Positions 28,169 through 47,176 of a stretch of 64,000 nt of DNA are shown piece after piece (the first letter of the stretch is position 1; the number at the start of each line of letters is the position of its first letter). Position numbers and translations under genes: made by a program. The stretch lies in the NCBI RefSeq assembly GCF_009914755.1, contig NC_060940.1; one strand, written 5' to 3'. Source of the DNA: the human T2T-CHM13v2.0 reference genome, Homo sapiens. Under the pieces are notes generated by a model. The model worked only from the letters and a program-made list of their open reading frames with translations. It did no database searches and was not told the origin of the DNA.

Positions 28169-28952
28169 GTATTTTGTCTTGTTTTTTCCCCTCGCGCATT
28201 TCCCACATAGAACAGTTACTCAAAAGGCTTCCAGTAAATTCCATTTCAGCCTCAATTTTCCAGGCTATGTTTCTATTTCACTTAAAACCAAGGATGTTGG
28301 CTGGTGTTGTTTCATGCTGCTTTCGTTGCGGCCTTTTATCCATAGTCTTGGCAACTTATCATGTTACTGTCTTTTTAAAAATCATTGAAGATGCCACTTT
28401 TGAAGAATGTGTTTAAAAAACAAGTGCTTCTCATACTACTCTTCAGGTACAAACCTCTTAGCAGATTTGAGTTCCTACAAAGCCCTAAAAGATGTAATCT
28501 GATATTTTGAAAGGGACACCGAATTCACAGTCAATAAACCCTAGGTTCTAACCCCAGATCTACCACTATGTCCAAAAATTTTATCATCTTATTGTTTGCT
28601 TTTACCTGTGTATTCAATACAGCATTTAATTTTCAGAATTTCTTTGGTGGACACTGCACAGCAGAGATTTCTAGAAGTCCTCAGTTGTTTGTGAAGAGCA
28701 GTGTCATGACACTGGCATTGGCCTTCCCCCAAATCTCTCTCTCTTCTGCTGGCTGGGTTTCAGTTGCCCACACTCTGCCACCTGTCCTTAGGATATCAAA
28801 TATTAGCATACAGATAACAAGTTAAAATATATATATTTCAAGTCCCAAGCATATTTGAGTACTATATGGAGGCAAACTTGAAAAACAAAAACTCAGTTTT
28901 GTTAAAATATGTGAGGAGGCAGCTTTAGGCTAAATTTAAGTTTGGCCTAAAT

Positions 28953-29167
28953 CAAGCTTGTCCAACCTGTTGGCCCACAGTCAACATGTGGCCCAGGACA
29001 GCTTTGAAATTCAACCGGCCCAACACAAATTAATAAACTTTCTTAAAACACTCTGAGGTTTTTCTGCAATTAAAAAAAATTCATCTGCTATTGTTAGCAT
29101 TAGTATATTTTATGGGTGGCCCAAGAGGATTCTTCTTCCAAGGAAGCCAAAAGATTGGACATCCCTG
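28953..29167. mobile_element. MER30 hAT DNA transposon
   Basis: caagcttgtccaacc...aagattggacatccctg termini, degenerate TSD starting gccta. Confidence 0.8.
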
Positions 29168-29314
29168 GCCTACAGGTTTCTCCATACATAGTGAACTATA
29201 ACCTAATTGGATGTGTAAACAGACTGTAATGGCTGTTGTAACAAGTAGCCAAATCTCAGCCAAGCACAGAAGCCATGCTCAACCACTCACAGGTGGCTGA
29301 TTGTTCAAACCATG

Positions 29315-29614
<300 letters not shown>

Positions 29615-30233
29615 AAACCACGTTTAAATAAGGCAAATACTGAGTTGTAACCTATTGGGCTGTTTCTGTACCTTACTTCCATTTCCTGCACCTCACTTTT
29701 CTTTTTATGTCCATAAATCATCTCTGACCATGTGGCAGCACCAGGATGTCTCTAAACCTATTCCGGTTAGTGGGTCAGGGGCCTGCCTGATTTGAGAATC
29801 CTTCCTTGTGCAATTTAATTCTGTTAAATTTAATTTGTCTAAAGTTTTTTAACAGTTTATTGTATTTCATGGTTGCTGACTGTGCAGAGAATATCCAATG
29901 AAGTGAGAAAAATATGCAACCCTGTAGCTCTCAGTCTAGACGTTAGTTATCTAAATCACACACTCATCCTGTGGCAGCTGCCGGGGCTGCGTCCACTTAC
30001 TTCCTCTTCTGAAACAGGCCCTCGTCCAGCTCTAAATAACTCAGCCTTCATTTATTCCTTATTATTCTTCTTTGTTCTTTTTTGCTTATTCTTTAGACTA
30101 CATCTATTATTTCATGGCTGTGTGAACTTTCACCTCCTTAGGTTACCTCCCAGACATGGACAATGGCCCAGTGTCTATCCTTAGACACCAGGGACTCTGT
30201 CGCTTGAAAACCTCTCTTAGAAGGGACCACTTG

Positions 30234-30580
<347 letters not shown>

Positions 30581-31991
30581 TTAAGGTGATCTGAGGATGT
30601 TACCTTTTGTTTTAATTAACCTATTTGCTTCAGATATTCAGAAGGCCTCACAGCCAAGCAAGGGGGGAATGGTGTGACACATTCTAGATTCCCTTTCTGT
30701 TTCTCTTCCTAACCTTCAAAGTTACTGTCCCTGAAGTTCTACTTGTATGTTCAGTACAGAACCCAGGTAGGAGATGCTCTTAGACACTCCTCGTGTTCTG
30801 ACCTTGCTCCCCATCCACACTTCCTGCCTTAGTCTCTTGTTACCCAGCATCTTCAGGGAATGGATATCCTGGCTGTGAATCCCAGTCTCCTTCTGACTTG
30901 ATTCCCAATATCTGCTGCCTTCAGAGTAGGTATCAAGTACGATTAAAAGCCCAGGTTCTAAAGCCAAACCAAGTTCAAATTCTGCTTTGGCCATGACCTG
31001 GCTGTGAAACTCTGAGTAAGTTACCCAAGCCAAGGTTTAGATTCCCTGTTAGATTTAAAAATAATAATAATGGAAATAATAATACTCACATCATGGGTTA
31101 TTAGGAAAATCCAGTAAGATCAGTCATGACAAGTGCTTAGCTCTCAGCCACTGTTCAGTCAACATGTGCTTAAAAACAGCTGCTTTCAGACTCAGTCGTG
31201 AATCATGGAAGCCTGTTTTTTTCTTTTTGATGTAAGTATCCATCCCTCAGTCTGATCACCTAACCTCATTATTTGTCTATTATTCTCTAATTTAATGGTT
31301 CTTTTATATTTTTGGTTTACTAAAAGCTGTTGAATCCTTTTACTTAGGAGACTAAAAGGGGTTTTATTTTATTGTTCTATAGACCTCCTCTGTGGAAAAG
31401 GGGAATTTAAAAGTATATATAGCGTAAAGTAAAATAACATAAAATGCGTAAGACTGGCATGCCTTACCTCTGCCAGCTGGTTTCTGCCTCACATTTGATT
31501 GAATGACATCCCACCTTTCACTAGCTTTGTAGCCTCACTGGCAGCACTTGTCACATTTGTGCTTTCATTACACCCAGACGCTGTGTGAGAAACTCACCCA
31601 ACAGCCTGATCACCCAGGCTGGAACCCAATTTTAAACCAATGTGAACTTGAGTCTGCCCCTAGAGGAGTCAAATTTGGCCTGGCCTTTGTACCTACTCAG
31701 CCCTGCTGAGTGTCCTATACTGATCCCCATCACCTCTAATTAATTTCATTCCACCAGTGCCTGGGTCCCAGTTTTGACAGATATGTTTCTCTATGGCAAA
31801 CTTGGCACTTTGAGGGCCTATGTTCTTAAGGGCAAAAGTCATTAAATCTCTTTCCCTCCAATTTTATCTTTCAATTTTATACTCTAAACATACAAGTCTT
31901 TCTTCTTAAACTTTTCCTGGTGTTTTGTGGGTACTTCCTTCCCACTCCTTTGAGATTTGGTTGAATAATCTATGTTCCAAAGTAATTGTTT

Positions 31992-32530
31992 TGAAGCAGG
32001 AGATATAAAAAAAAAAACAAGTTTTCTTGGAGGCTGACTCACTGCAAGGCCCAGCGATAGACAGGGCTCTGGAAGGGCTTTGATAACACTATCTGCAGAG
32101 CCAGGGCCCTCAAGGGATGGGTTCCAGAGCCTCTCCCTGCCATCCCAGAGCAGGGATGAGAAAAACAAGTTTTTCTTCTCTTTCAGCTTCCGCCTTCCCC
32201 CTTATCATTCTCATAATTATTTTGCAAAGTTTTATAAGTTCCTGTTTTTCCCTTCTGTACAGCATGGCAAGGTCACAAGATATGCTTCAGTTGCAAAACC
32301 TGTCACTGTTTAACAAACTGCCTTTGTTCTGCTTCTGTAAGCTGCTTACCCACCCTACAGGTTTCACACCATCAAACTGGCCAACCCCCTTTCAAATTCA
32401 TGTATAAAAGTCAAGCCCTGTCTTTGTTCAGGGCTCAGCCTTTGGGTGTTAATCCGCTGGGCTGGTGCTCACCTAATAAAATCCTCCTGTCCCACCCATT
32501 GGTCTCTCCTGTCCCTTAATTCCTGCAACA
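31992..32530 (+). mobile_element. ERV1 solo LTR (family unassigned)
   Basis: TG...CA, 4-bp TSD gttt, TATA tataaaag ~32403, AATAAA ~32475, AP-1 TGACTCA 32035-32041. Confidence 0.8.
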
Positions 32531-32689
32531 GTTTTATTATTTAGTTTTACTTCTTTGAGCACTTCTAGATCATCCGCCTGCTTCTTACTTTCACTTCAGT
32601 CAATGCTCCAAAGAATGAATCACCAATGGTGGCATCTCAGTTTAATAAGTTACAGAAAGATAATTCCATTTACCACTCAAATCATGCTA

Positions 32690-33112
<423 letters not shown>

Positions 33113-33700
33113 AACAAAGAGTCTAGGGTAACTGGAGTTTAGAGGTTCTTTCAGTACAAATAAGGCCTAAATAAGAATTATCTACATGAATACTCAGGTT
33201 GAATAATTTATATTTAAATGAAAAATTGAAGGGAAGCCACATCCTCAGTAAGAGTACAGCATTCAATGTATAGATGAACAAAGACAAATTGATTAAGAAT
33301 ATATTTTAGGGGTCACACCATCCTGAGTTTAAATACTGAGTCCACCACATTGCTAGTTCTGTGACCTTGGGGAAGTTAATTGTTCTAATCCTCATGTTCC
33401 TCATCAGTAAAATGAGAATAGCCACAGCATCTATCTTAAAGGTCATTGTGAGTATTGAATAAAATATTCATGTCAGTTGCACATACAAATATTCAATAAG
33501 TGTTCACTGCTGCTGTTTTGTTGTAGCTGTTGCTAACTGGAACGTTTGGTAGAGATAATTTTTACCAAAAAAGTTGAGGTTGAGACTCAGGCTTTTTGTG
33601 TTGGTCAGTTTGCTTTGATGTGTTTCCAGCCACTTCTTGCTGGTTCTCAGTACCCCAGAGATAACCTATTATATCTAAACATGTTAATATGAAAAGCTCT

Positions 33701-34013
33701 GGCTGGAGGCAGTGGCTCACACTTGTAATCCCAGCACTTTGGGAGGCCGAGGCAGACAGATCACTTGAGGTCAGGAGTTCGAGACTAGCCTGGCCAACAT
33801 GGTGAAACCCCATCTCTACTAAAAATACAAAAATCAGCCATGTGTGGTTGTGGGCACTTGTAACCCCAGCTACTCGGGAGGCTGAAGTAGAAGAATCATT
33901 TGAACCCAGGAAATGGAGGTTCAATGAGCCATAATCGCACTCTATGAGCCATTGCACTCTAGCCTGGGTGACAAGAGCGAAACTCCGTCTCCACAAAAAA
34001 AGAAAAAAGAAAA
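33701..34013 (+). mobile_element. Alu (AluS)
   Basis: Full Alu with a short internal duplication near 33927-33960. Confidence 0.92.
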
Positions 34014-35742
34014 GATTTTCAAAGTGAGATATGTGTAATATGAACTAACTTATGTTTTAAAGGGGAATATCTATATATCTATGTGCACATAGATATACAC
34101 ATATGTATATATATGTGTGTTATATTTTAATCCTATATATATATGAAAATGATGGTTAATAAGACCTACTGTTTTTCCACATTTCCCAACTAAAGCCCAA
34201 AGATAAGAATGAAGAGACACTAAACCTCTGATTTTTGCATTCTAAAGAGAATTGTCAACAAGGACTAAGTGAAGCATCTCTCTCCAGGTTTGTGAAAAGG
34301 TAACTCTACTGGCTCTGCTACCTCTGACCAATTTCCCAGCCTCACCATCCTGCTTCTCAGCTTATGTTAGAAGCCTGGGAAAGGGGAGAAGAGTATTTTC
34401 ACCCCCTTTGCTGTCAGGGTTACCAAGGGAATCCCCTGTGAAGGTGAGAGGTGGTTCTAAGAAGAGACTGGCATCACATTCCTTGGTTGATATTCCCCTC
34501 TGCCTGGCTGAGTGAGAAACTGAGCCAGAAAGAGAAGTAGAGACAGATGGCAAGGCAGAGACAGTAGAGCAGGGGTGGAGGACAGCAGAGGAGAAGCCTG
34601 AAGCATAAGATAGGGTGTTGCAAGTATATGTGCATATCTGGTACATCAAATGGATCTTCAGAAGTTGCCTGGGCTTGACCAGGTAGACCCAACAGACAGA
34701 GGATGAAAGTCACACCCAGCATAGTAAGCCCTCTAACTCCAATCTTGTTTCCTCGCCCTCAACAATGGAGGCTCCAGAGTGTAAAAGAAGGAGAAGGGAA
34801 AGGTGTCAGTGACAAATAAGGCCATGTGTCTCTATTCCAGGTGTCAGAGCCAGAGGAGAAGAGTGGACAACCCAACTGCCCACCACAGGTCCCTAGAAGT
34901 ACAGGTCAAGCCTATGCTGGGGAGAGGCAAACAGGTACAACATACACTGGGTTTGAGATTTAAATTTCTGAGTGGACCAACTTTTAAAAACTGAAAGTGA
35001 TTGTGAAATTGTGGAATCATTCCAAAAGGTCATTACATTAAGGGATAATAAAGGGGGAAAACAAAAATTGGGGGAAAAAGTGTTAAGACTTGATTGGAAA
35101 ACTAGTTACATATATCTATCCCACTTACTCCCTTGAGACTACTCTTTATTTTATATCAATCTGTATCTTTTATTATAACCATATGCGTGTATTATTTTTA
35201 TATGTTAAAATAGTGTTATTTCTTGATGTAGATGCTTACCAAAGTATTTCTCTTTTCTTCTGGGTCCTCAGATTGGCTAATTTCTCAGGTCCCTGGAAGT
35301 GAGGGTGAGGCTATTGAAATGTGGGCAGAAGTGATACATGCTACTTCTAGGCCTAAATTCATGAGATCCTTCATAAATGCATTTCTCTTCCCCTAAACAC
35401 CCCCCTCTCTCTCGTTTCTTGTCAGCTATCTGATTTCAGAGGATCCAACCAGGACTCAGGCTTAGGGGAGAGCGGGGCCTCTGAATATAAGGATCCTGAG
35501 TCTACTACTTAAAGTGACAGCCACCTAGGAAAATCCATTAAGCAAAAAATTCTGCATCAGACTTAAGCCTCTGAGCTTTAGATTTGTTTATTTCTGCAGC
35601 CTAGCCTAGCACACCTTGACTAATACACTGGGAATCCAGAGTTTGTTCAGAATGTCTTCACTATTCTTGTTACAACTTTATTGTCCATAGAGATTATAAA
35701 CACTGTGCTTCAGACAAATTAAGAGAGCAAGAGGCCTCATAA

Positions 35743-36056
<314 letters not shown>

Positions 36057-37015
36057 GGTGTCAGATTTTGGTAGAAAGCCTAGATCTGTTATTTTCTTGG
36101 TAGAATCAGTGGAAAATCCTGAACCAGTGGCCAGCCTTCTGTATTTCTGCTAGAACACCATGAAAAACCTCTTCCCCCTTCCTTACAAAATGTACATGAA
36201 ACAGAATTCAAGGTCTTCTATCTGTATGTAACTTACAAAATAGTTGACAGTTCTATAAAGCTTTGTCCTTTTTCCTGTTTCTTGTTTCCCTGTAGAACTA
36301 TTTATAAAAATGTTTTTCTTTTTAAAGGATTTTTTATTGTTGTTTAAAGTATTTGAAAAAAAATTCATAACTTCAAGCTATTTTACATTTAAGAAAAGAT
36401 GTAGTCAAACTTGGCTGATGAGAGATAGAAACCCAGGAGAAACTGGGAAAATATTCCAGGTGCCTTTTTTCCCCATTTTGACTGACTTATGCCAATTCTA
36501 TAAAACACTGCTCATCATCCCCCTGCCAAGTGATAGTAGAGCTCAGTGGGGCTCGGAGAAGCCCTGCCATTCTTCCTCTGCTTAGCTGTACCAGAGCTGG
36601 TCTATGTGGGAGCCAGGGTCTCTTGGGAAGAAAAGGAATGGAAAGATGGGGTTTCATTACACATCGGTTATGTCACCTTGGCTTCTCCATTCTTCTTCCC
36701 TTGGGGGTTTTATGAGAAGGCAAAAATCACATTTAAGGGATATATTGACATGTTCATTGTCAAAATCTTTGCTCCAGCCAAACTGATTCTAGGTATAGTC
36801 AAACAACTTGGCATTAAAACAAAAGGACATTAACCTTCTGTCAGAATCACTTTCAAGCTGTGACTTATTTCAAGGTTGTTTTCTCTCTACTAGACTTCGT
36901 TTCCTCACATTAAAAAAAATGGATATATAGTACTACTTAGCTTACAGAGCTGCTATGAGAAATAAATGATATGAGCTATCTAAAACACTTGGCATACAGA
37001 AAACATTCAACAAGT

Positions 37016-37282
37016 GAGGCTGAGGCAGGAGAATGGTGTGAACCCGGGAGGCAGAGCTTGCAGTTAGCCGAGACTGCACCACTACTCTCCAGCCTGGGCG
37101 ACAGAGCGAGACTCTGTCTCACAAAAAAAAAAAGTGGTCATTCTCTTCTACTCAGCCAGGCATGGTAGCTCACACCTGTAATCTCAGCATTCTGGGAGGC
37201 CAAGGCCAGAGGATCACTTGAGCCCAGGGTTTTAAGACCAACCTGGGCAACATAGTGAGACTCTGTCTCTCAAAAAAAAAAA
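37016..37282 (+). mobile_element. 5'-truncated AluY right arm (37016-37133) followed by a FLAM/left monomer (37155-37282)
   Basis: Separate A-tails and TSDs (aagtg; attctcttctactc/attcacttctgctc). Confidence 0.85.
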
Positions 37283-38113
37283 TTCACTTCTGCTCCGTAT
37301 AAGGAATGGTCCCAACCCTAGTTGCTGTTCCTTGCCATTGTTTTTCTTGTGGTTGTCTCATGATAAAAGAAAACAGTTGATGGAAAATGATATGTTAGAA
37401 GACTCTCTCAAAAGCCTGGTCTTGGCTGGGAACTACATTTATTTATTAGAGTTTTTCTTAAGACAGTTGAATATAAGAATTATTCCAATCACTTATGTCG
37501 GAATCCTTCTTAGATAAAGCCTCAGTGGCACTAGGTTACTCCCTAGGATTAAAACTGGGTAGGGGTCGAGGGAGATTAGATTTCAGTTGAGTGCTAGAGA
37601 AGAAAACCTGATCTATTTTTAGAGAAAATGGAGATCCCTATGAAATAATAGATATAGATAACAATTATCAATAGCTGCATTAGGTGAAAAGCTGCTGGAA
37701 ACATAATGAATGGATCAGGTGATGCCTTAACATCACAAAAGGAGAGCCAACACAACATTATGATTCTCCAGATGTGATGCAATAGAATTCTGCAAAGATA
37801 TTTATGCAATCTTTTTGCTATAAATGGATCTATCCTCTAGATTTAACTATTAGTTTATAGAAACTACACGGGACAGAAAAATATGTTAAACTCAACCACA
37901 TTGAATTAGCAAAATCAACACTGAATTTGGGAAACTTTAGAGGACAATGCCGTATGTTCTACAATGAATTACAAAGAAAAAGAAGAGAGAGATGGAATTT
38001 ATAGATTAAAAACTTAAGATATATATCAATAAAATGCAATGTGTTGCCCTTGTTTGGACACTGAGTTGAAAAAAAAAAACAAATGTAAAACAAAATTGAA
38101 TCTGGAAAAGGCT

Positions 38114-38447
<334 letters not shown>

Positions 38448-39256
38448 TTAATAGAGGATTATTATGGCTTTTTCAGGTATTAAATGGTATTGTGATTAGG
38501 TTTTAAAAGAGTCCTTATCTTTTAGAGATACATAAGGATTTTCCACAATAAGGAAGAAAAAGAGAGACCAAGAGAAGAGGTACAGATATACAGACAGAGA
38601 ATAAAGAAGTAAAAGCTGCAGATACAGACAACTATTTTTGAGAAATTTTGCTGTAAAAAGGAGACAAGTAATGAAGAGGTGGAGGGAGACAAATGGCCCA
38701 AGAAATTTTATTTTCACATGGGAAATATTACCATGTATTTGTGCCTGACTTTGTTTCCCTATTACAACTCTTAAGAAAGAAATGAAAAGAAGAAAGAGAA
38801 AGAAAAGAGAGAGAGAGAAAGAAAGAAAGAAAAGAATGAAAGAAAGAAAAAAAAGACAGAGAAAGAAAGAAATTGATGATGCAAGAGAGAGGAAGAATAA
38901 CTGAGGGAGTAATATCCTGGAGTAAGGGAGAGGGAATGGTGTCAAGTCCACAGTGGAAAAGGTGACCCACGCTAGGACCTTGGACAATTTTTCCATGGTC
39001 ATTGGAAGGAATGCAGAAAGTATGGGCAGAGTTGTAAGAGTACTGGTTGGTTAACTGGTTAGGGGGAATAAGGACATTCTCTTCTGGCTTTTCTCACTTA
39101 TAAATCTCAGTGAAATAAGAGGGGAGAAGGAGAGGTACTAGTTTAGAGAAACAGGGGAAGGAGTGAAACAGTTATCTCCAAGTGTAGAAATGTAGTGGGG
39201 TTGTCAGAGAGTGAGAACGGCCCACATGAATATTTTGCAGTCAGGAAGTTAAAGTG

Positions 39257-39633
39257 TGCTAACATAATTAAATAGGAGGCCATTAGACTGAGGTGGCTCT
39301 AACACTCAGGGTTCCCACATAAGCAAACTGAAGCCTAACTCAGAATTTAAAATAAAATGAAATATAAGCTCAGCCAGTCACAGGCAGCCAACTGGGCTTT
39401 AGTATATTGTCTTGAACTTCCCACCAGAACAGTGCAAATAAGGCAATTGTTCAAACCTTTACCAATCAAGTAATTTCTTTGCTCAGCTTCCACATTCACC
39501 CTATAAACACCCTCCCTTTGTGCCCTGCAATAGAGCCCTGAATTACTTCCCATTTGGAGCTGCCTGATTCATGGATCAGTTTGCTCACATGTATGCTTTA
39601 AAATTTTAATGTGCCTTAGTCTATCTTGTAACA
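39257..39633 (+). mobile_element. ERV1 solo LTR (MER57/MER67-related)
   Basis: aaataaggcaa core, tataaa box, ends ..taaca. Confidence 0.6.
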
Positions 39634-40555
39634 AGTGTAACCATTGAGTTTAGGACCACCAACAAATACCATGTGCAATTCTCCAGAGCCATATTAAGCT
39701 TCTCAAGTGTCACAAATAAGTAGAATTATCTGGAGTTTTGCATAGAGCTGGGTTTTCCCACATGAGTATGGTGGAGGGAGAGCAGTACAAAGAATCTGAA
39801 TGGCACAGAGAATCCAAGCTGGGCAGAAGATAAGTGAAGGCATGAAGGAGGTGTGCTTAAGTCAATGGACTTAAGATTTTAGAGGGGCAGAGGAATTATT
39901 GTGACGAAGGCTGGGGATGGTGTGAGAGAAGGCCAAGCAGGGAACAGGCCAGTGTCCATAGAGACCATGTCGGGAGCTGGAACTCTAGTCCCCACCCAAC
40001 AATAAGAAGAAGCTCCTTGCAACTCAGGTGTCATCCAAAGCTGGGTAAAGAACCTAGATGTCTATATTCACCTGGCAATAATGAGGTGGTGCCCCTTCCC
40101 TGTCCCCTACCTGGGCAGTGTCAAAGCCAGCTAAAATATAAAGTTTAAATAAGGTGCAGAGTCTTATTACAAGAATGTCTGTGTTTGAATTGAAAATCAC
40201 TCCTCATACCAAAACCAGGAAGAGTTCAAATGAATGAAGAAAGATGATGGATAGATGCTAACACTGAGATGACAGAAATGTTAGAATCATCTGACAAAGA
40301 TTTTAAAGTAGCCTTGATAAAAATGCTTCAGTGAACAATTAGGTATGCTTGAAATAAATGAAAAAAATATATATCAGCAAAAAATAGAAGATATCAAGAA
40401 CAACTAAATGAAAATAAATATTAGAACTAAAAAATTCAATGAGAAATCAAAAGCTTGGTGGATGGTATGATACTATAAAATATATATTTCATCTTCATTC
40501 CAGTTTCCTGGTACATAGCCGCTAAAACCCCTGGAATTTCTGAAGTGGTAAGTGC

Positions 40556-43999
<3,444 letters not shown>

Positions 44000-44206
44000 T
44001 TAGGGGTTCAGGATGAGGGCTGGTTGCCAGGAGAACCAACCTTGTGATTAGAGGGTTAGAACTTTCTCTCCCACCCCACCACCACGCCACTTCCCATCCC
44101 CCTACCTCTTGGGAGGAAAGAAGGGCTGAAGGTTGAGTTAATTACCAATGACCAATGATTTAATCAGTCAGGCCTGTGTAATGAAGCCTCTAAGAAACCC
44201 AAAAGG

Positions 44207-44642
<436 letters not shown>

Positions 44643-45230
44643 TCATCTGTATCCTTTGTAATATCCTTTATAATAAATGGGTTGATGTAAGTGTTGCCCT
44701 TTGTTCTATGAATAGTTCTAGCAAATTAATTGAACTCAAGGAGAGGGGTTAGAAGTACAGATTACAACCTTGAATCTTATGACACTTGAAGTGGGGGGCA
44801 GTCTTGTGGGACTTGTAAATCAAAAATAAAATTCTAAGCCCCCAAACTGACTGAATTGACCCTCCTTTTGACCAAGAGGACCCAAGGAAATCTGAAAAAT
44901 TAGGCCATGATGGAAAGCCAGTAGGGGCAGCTACAGGGGGTGGCGGGGACAGACATGCCTCATTATACTCTTCCCTTTTGGAGTTCAAGCACAACTGACC
45001 AACATTAACATTGAAACAGTGATCTTAAAACTGACAAAACAGACTCTTTGTAGCAATAAGATCCAAATTCTAAAATGACTCTAGTACAGCATCATATAAC
45101 AGATAGCAGGCCCTGAAGAAAATCAAAGTCTTTTACCCCAAAATATATTTCTTTGACACATTTTGAAATGGCCCTGCAAAGCTGTCTCTTGTGGGGAAAA
45201 GCTGCATTCTGTAGGAAAATCTCCTTCCTT

Positions 45231-45734
45231 TGTTGCGGGACAATCAAAGACTGGAGAGACTGAAAAAGGTTCAGGAGAGTTTATTAAGGTGATCACAGGC
45301 TCAGCCAGACATACATCCAGAAAGTCTGAGCCCCAAACTAAAGGCTTTCCTACTTTTAAACATCTTAAGGCAGGAACCATGTGAGGCAGGAAGTAAGTTA
45401 CGGAAGAGAGAAACAAAGGCAGTTAATCAAGCATTACAACATTTCTTACATCTTGAGAAAAACATGTCTTCCAACCTAAACTTATCGGTCTTGTGACCCT
45501 GAAGCCATGCTAGGGAGGTAAGCAGGAACTCACTGAGCCTGTAATAAACTTTGATGAATGTGGAGTTGGGGAATATAGATAAGGTCCACTGACCACAGAG
45601 AGAAGACAGGCTGTTAATATTCTCTTTTAACTTAAGTATAACTCAAGTTAAAGTTGCAGCAACTTTAAGAGGATTTAAAAATTTCTGTTACCACTACTAT
45701 TAGGTTATAGTTGATTTCATTAATTCCTTCTTCA
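45231..45734 (-). mobile_element. ERV1 solo LTR nested in the MER4 LTR
   Basis: TG...CA termini, TSD cctt/tctt, AATAAA on - at ~45270. Confidence 0.7.
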
Positions 45735-46030
45735 TCTTTACTATGTATTTCCAGAGAGTGTGATACCTTTTAACGTCTAATAAGAGACATTCACAAGTGT
45801 TCTCTTTGAGGCCTGCTACCTGGAGGCTTCATCTACTTGAAAAGAACCTTGGCTTCCGCAACCCCCCACCCTTTACCTTAACTCAAGCTGATTTCAATTC
45901 TTCAGCCAGAGTTTAGCCCTTTCAACCAATTGCCAATCAGGAGATCTTTAAATCCACCTATTACCTGAAAGCCCAGCCTCTTCCTCCTTTGAGATGTCCC
46001 AACTTTCCAGGCTGAACCAATGTATACACA

Positions 46031-46167
46031 TTTTTTTTTTTTTGAGACGGAGTCTCACTCTGTCGCCCAGGCTGGAGTGCCCAGGCTGGAGTGCAGTGGC
46101 ATGATCTCAGCTCACTGCAACCTCCACCTCCCAGGTTTGAGCAATTTTTCTGCCTCAGCCTCCTCAG
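46031..46167 (-). mobile_element. 5'-truncated Alu right arm
   Basis: Contains a 14-bp tandem duplication ccaggctggagtgc. Confidence 0.88.
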
Positions 46168-46504
46168 CATGTATTGATTTATGTCTTTGCCTATAACTTC
46201 TTTGTCCCTAAAATGTATCAAATCAAACTGTAACCCAATCACCTTGGGCACATGTTCTCAGGACCTCCTAAAGCTGTGTCATGGGTCATGATCCTTAACC
46301 ATGGCAAAATAAACCTCTAAATTAATTGAGACCTGTCTCAGATACTTTTTAGTTTACAGATTGAGACCTTAACCTGTAGGATCTGACACTATTTCCAGGT
46401 AGACAGTGTTGAACTAAGTAGGACATGACACCCAAGCTGGTGTCCACTGGAGAATTGCTTGGTATAGTGAAAACCCCCCACACGTCTAGTGTCAGAAGTG
46501 TTAT

Positions 46505-47176
46505 TGTTAGAGTAGGTAGTCAGGCAGATATGGGCAAGGCAGGAAAGGCAGGAATGTCAGGCGACAATCAGGTGATGGTCAGGCGGTTATTAAACTGTCA
46601 CTCTAAAATAATTGGTTGCAGTAGGTGCCAGGGAAAGGCAGTCTCCTAAGAGATAGAAAACACCTAAAGCTGGTGATCAGCAGCTTTCCAATAAGATCTC
46701 AGGAACTGGGCAAGTGTGCTCAAGCATGCGTACTAAGAGGCAAAATGGCAGATTTTAACTGGTATACAACCTTCCTCTAGGAACACTTGACTGGTAAGGG
46801 AAAAACGCCTCAAATGAGAATGTGCACAACTTCAGTAAAGACATTGCACATGTGGCCCCTCCCAAGTGCTGACAGGCCACTGCACGTGCAGACAGCCCAT
46901 GCCAAGGAAAAAATCAAAGGAGATACAAAACCTCGGAAGCATGCCAATGTATAAAACGCAAAGTCAAAAGTCAAACAGGGCACCTGGATCTCTCAAGTTG
47001 CCTGCTTGCCCCTCTTCCTTTGGTTCCTGCTCTAAAACTTTCTAATAAACTCTCACTCCTGCTCAAAAACTTGCCTCAGTCTCTCACTCTGCCTTATGCC
47101 TCTTGGATGAATTCTTTCCTTTGAAGAGGCAAGAATCAAGTTATTGTAGATCCGTATGGATTCACCACTGCTAACA
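46505..47176 (+). mobile_element. MER50-like ERV1 solo LTR
   Basis: TGTTAG...CTAACA termini, perfect TSD ttat, TATA ~46950, AATAAA ~47044. Confidence 0.82.

Larger units (their letters stand above)
44814..46358 (+). mobile_element. MER4-family ERV1 LTR containing a second LTR and a truncated Alu
   Basis: TGTAAA...TTTACA termini, TSD gact/gatt, AATAAA ~46308. Confidence 0.78.

Noticed and set aside
34062-34145. Palindromic-looking TA/CA-rich tract
   Set aside because: Degenerate (TA)n microsatellite; self-complementarity is trivial
38496-39002. 168-aa hydrophobic, membrane-like ORF
   Set aside because: Produced by the GA-rich low-complexity tract at about 38775-38870
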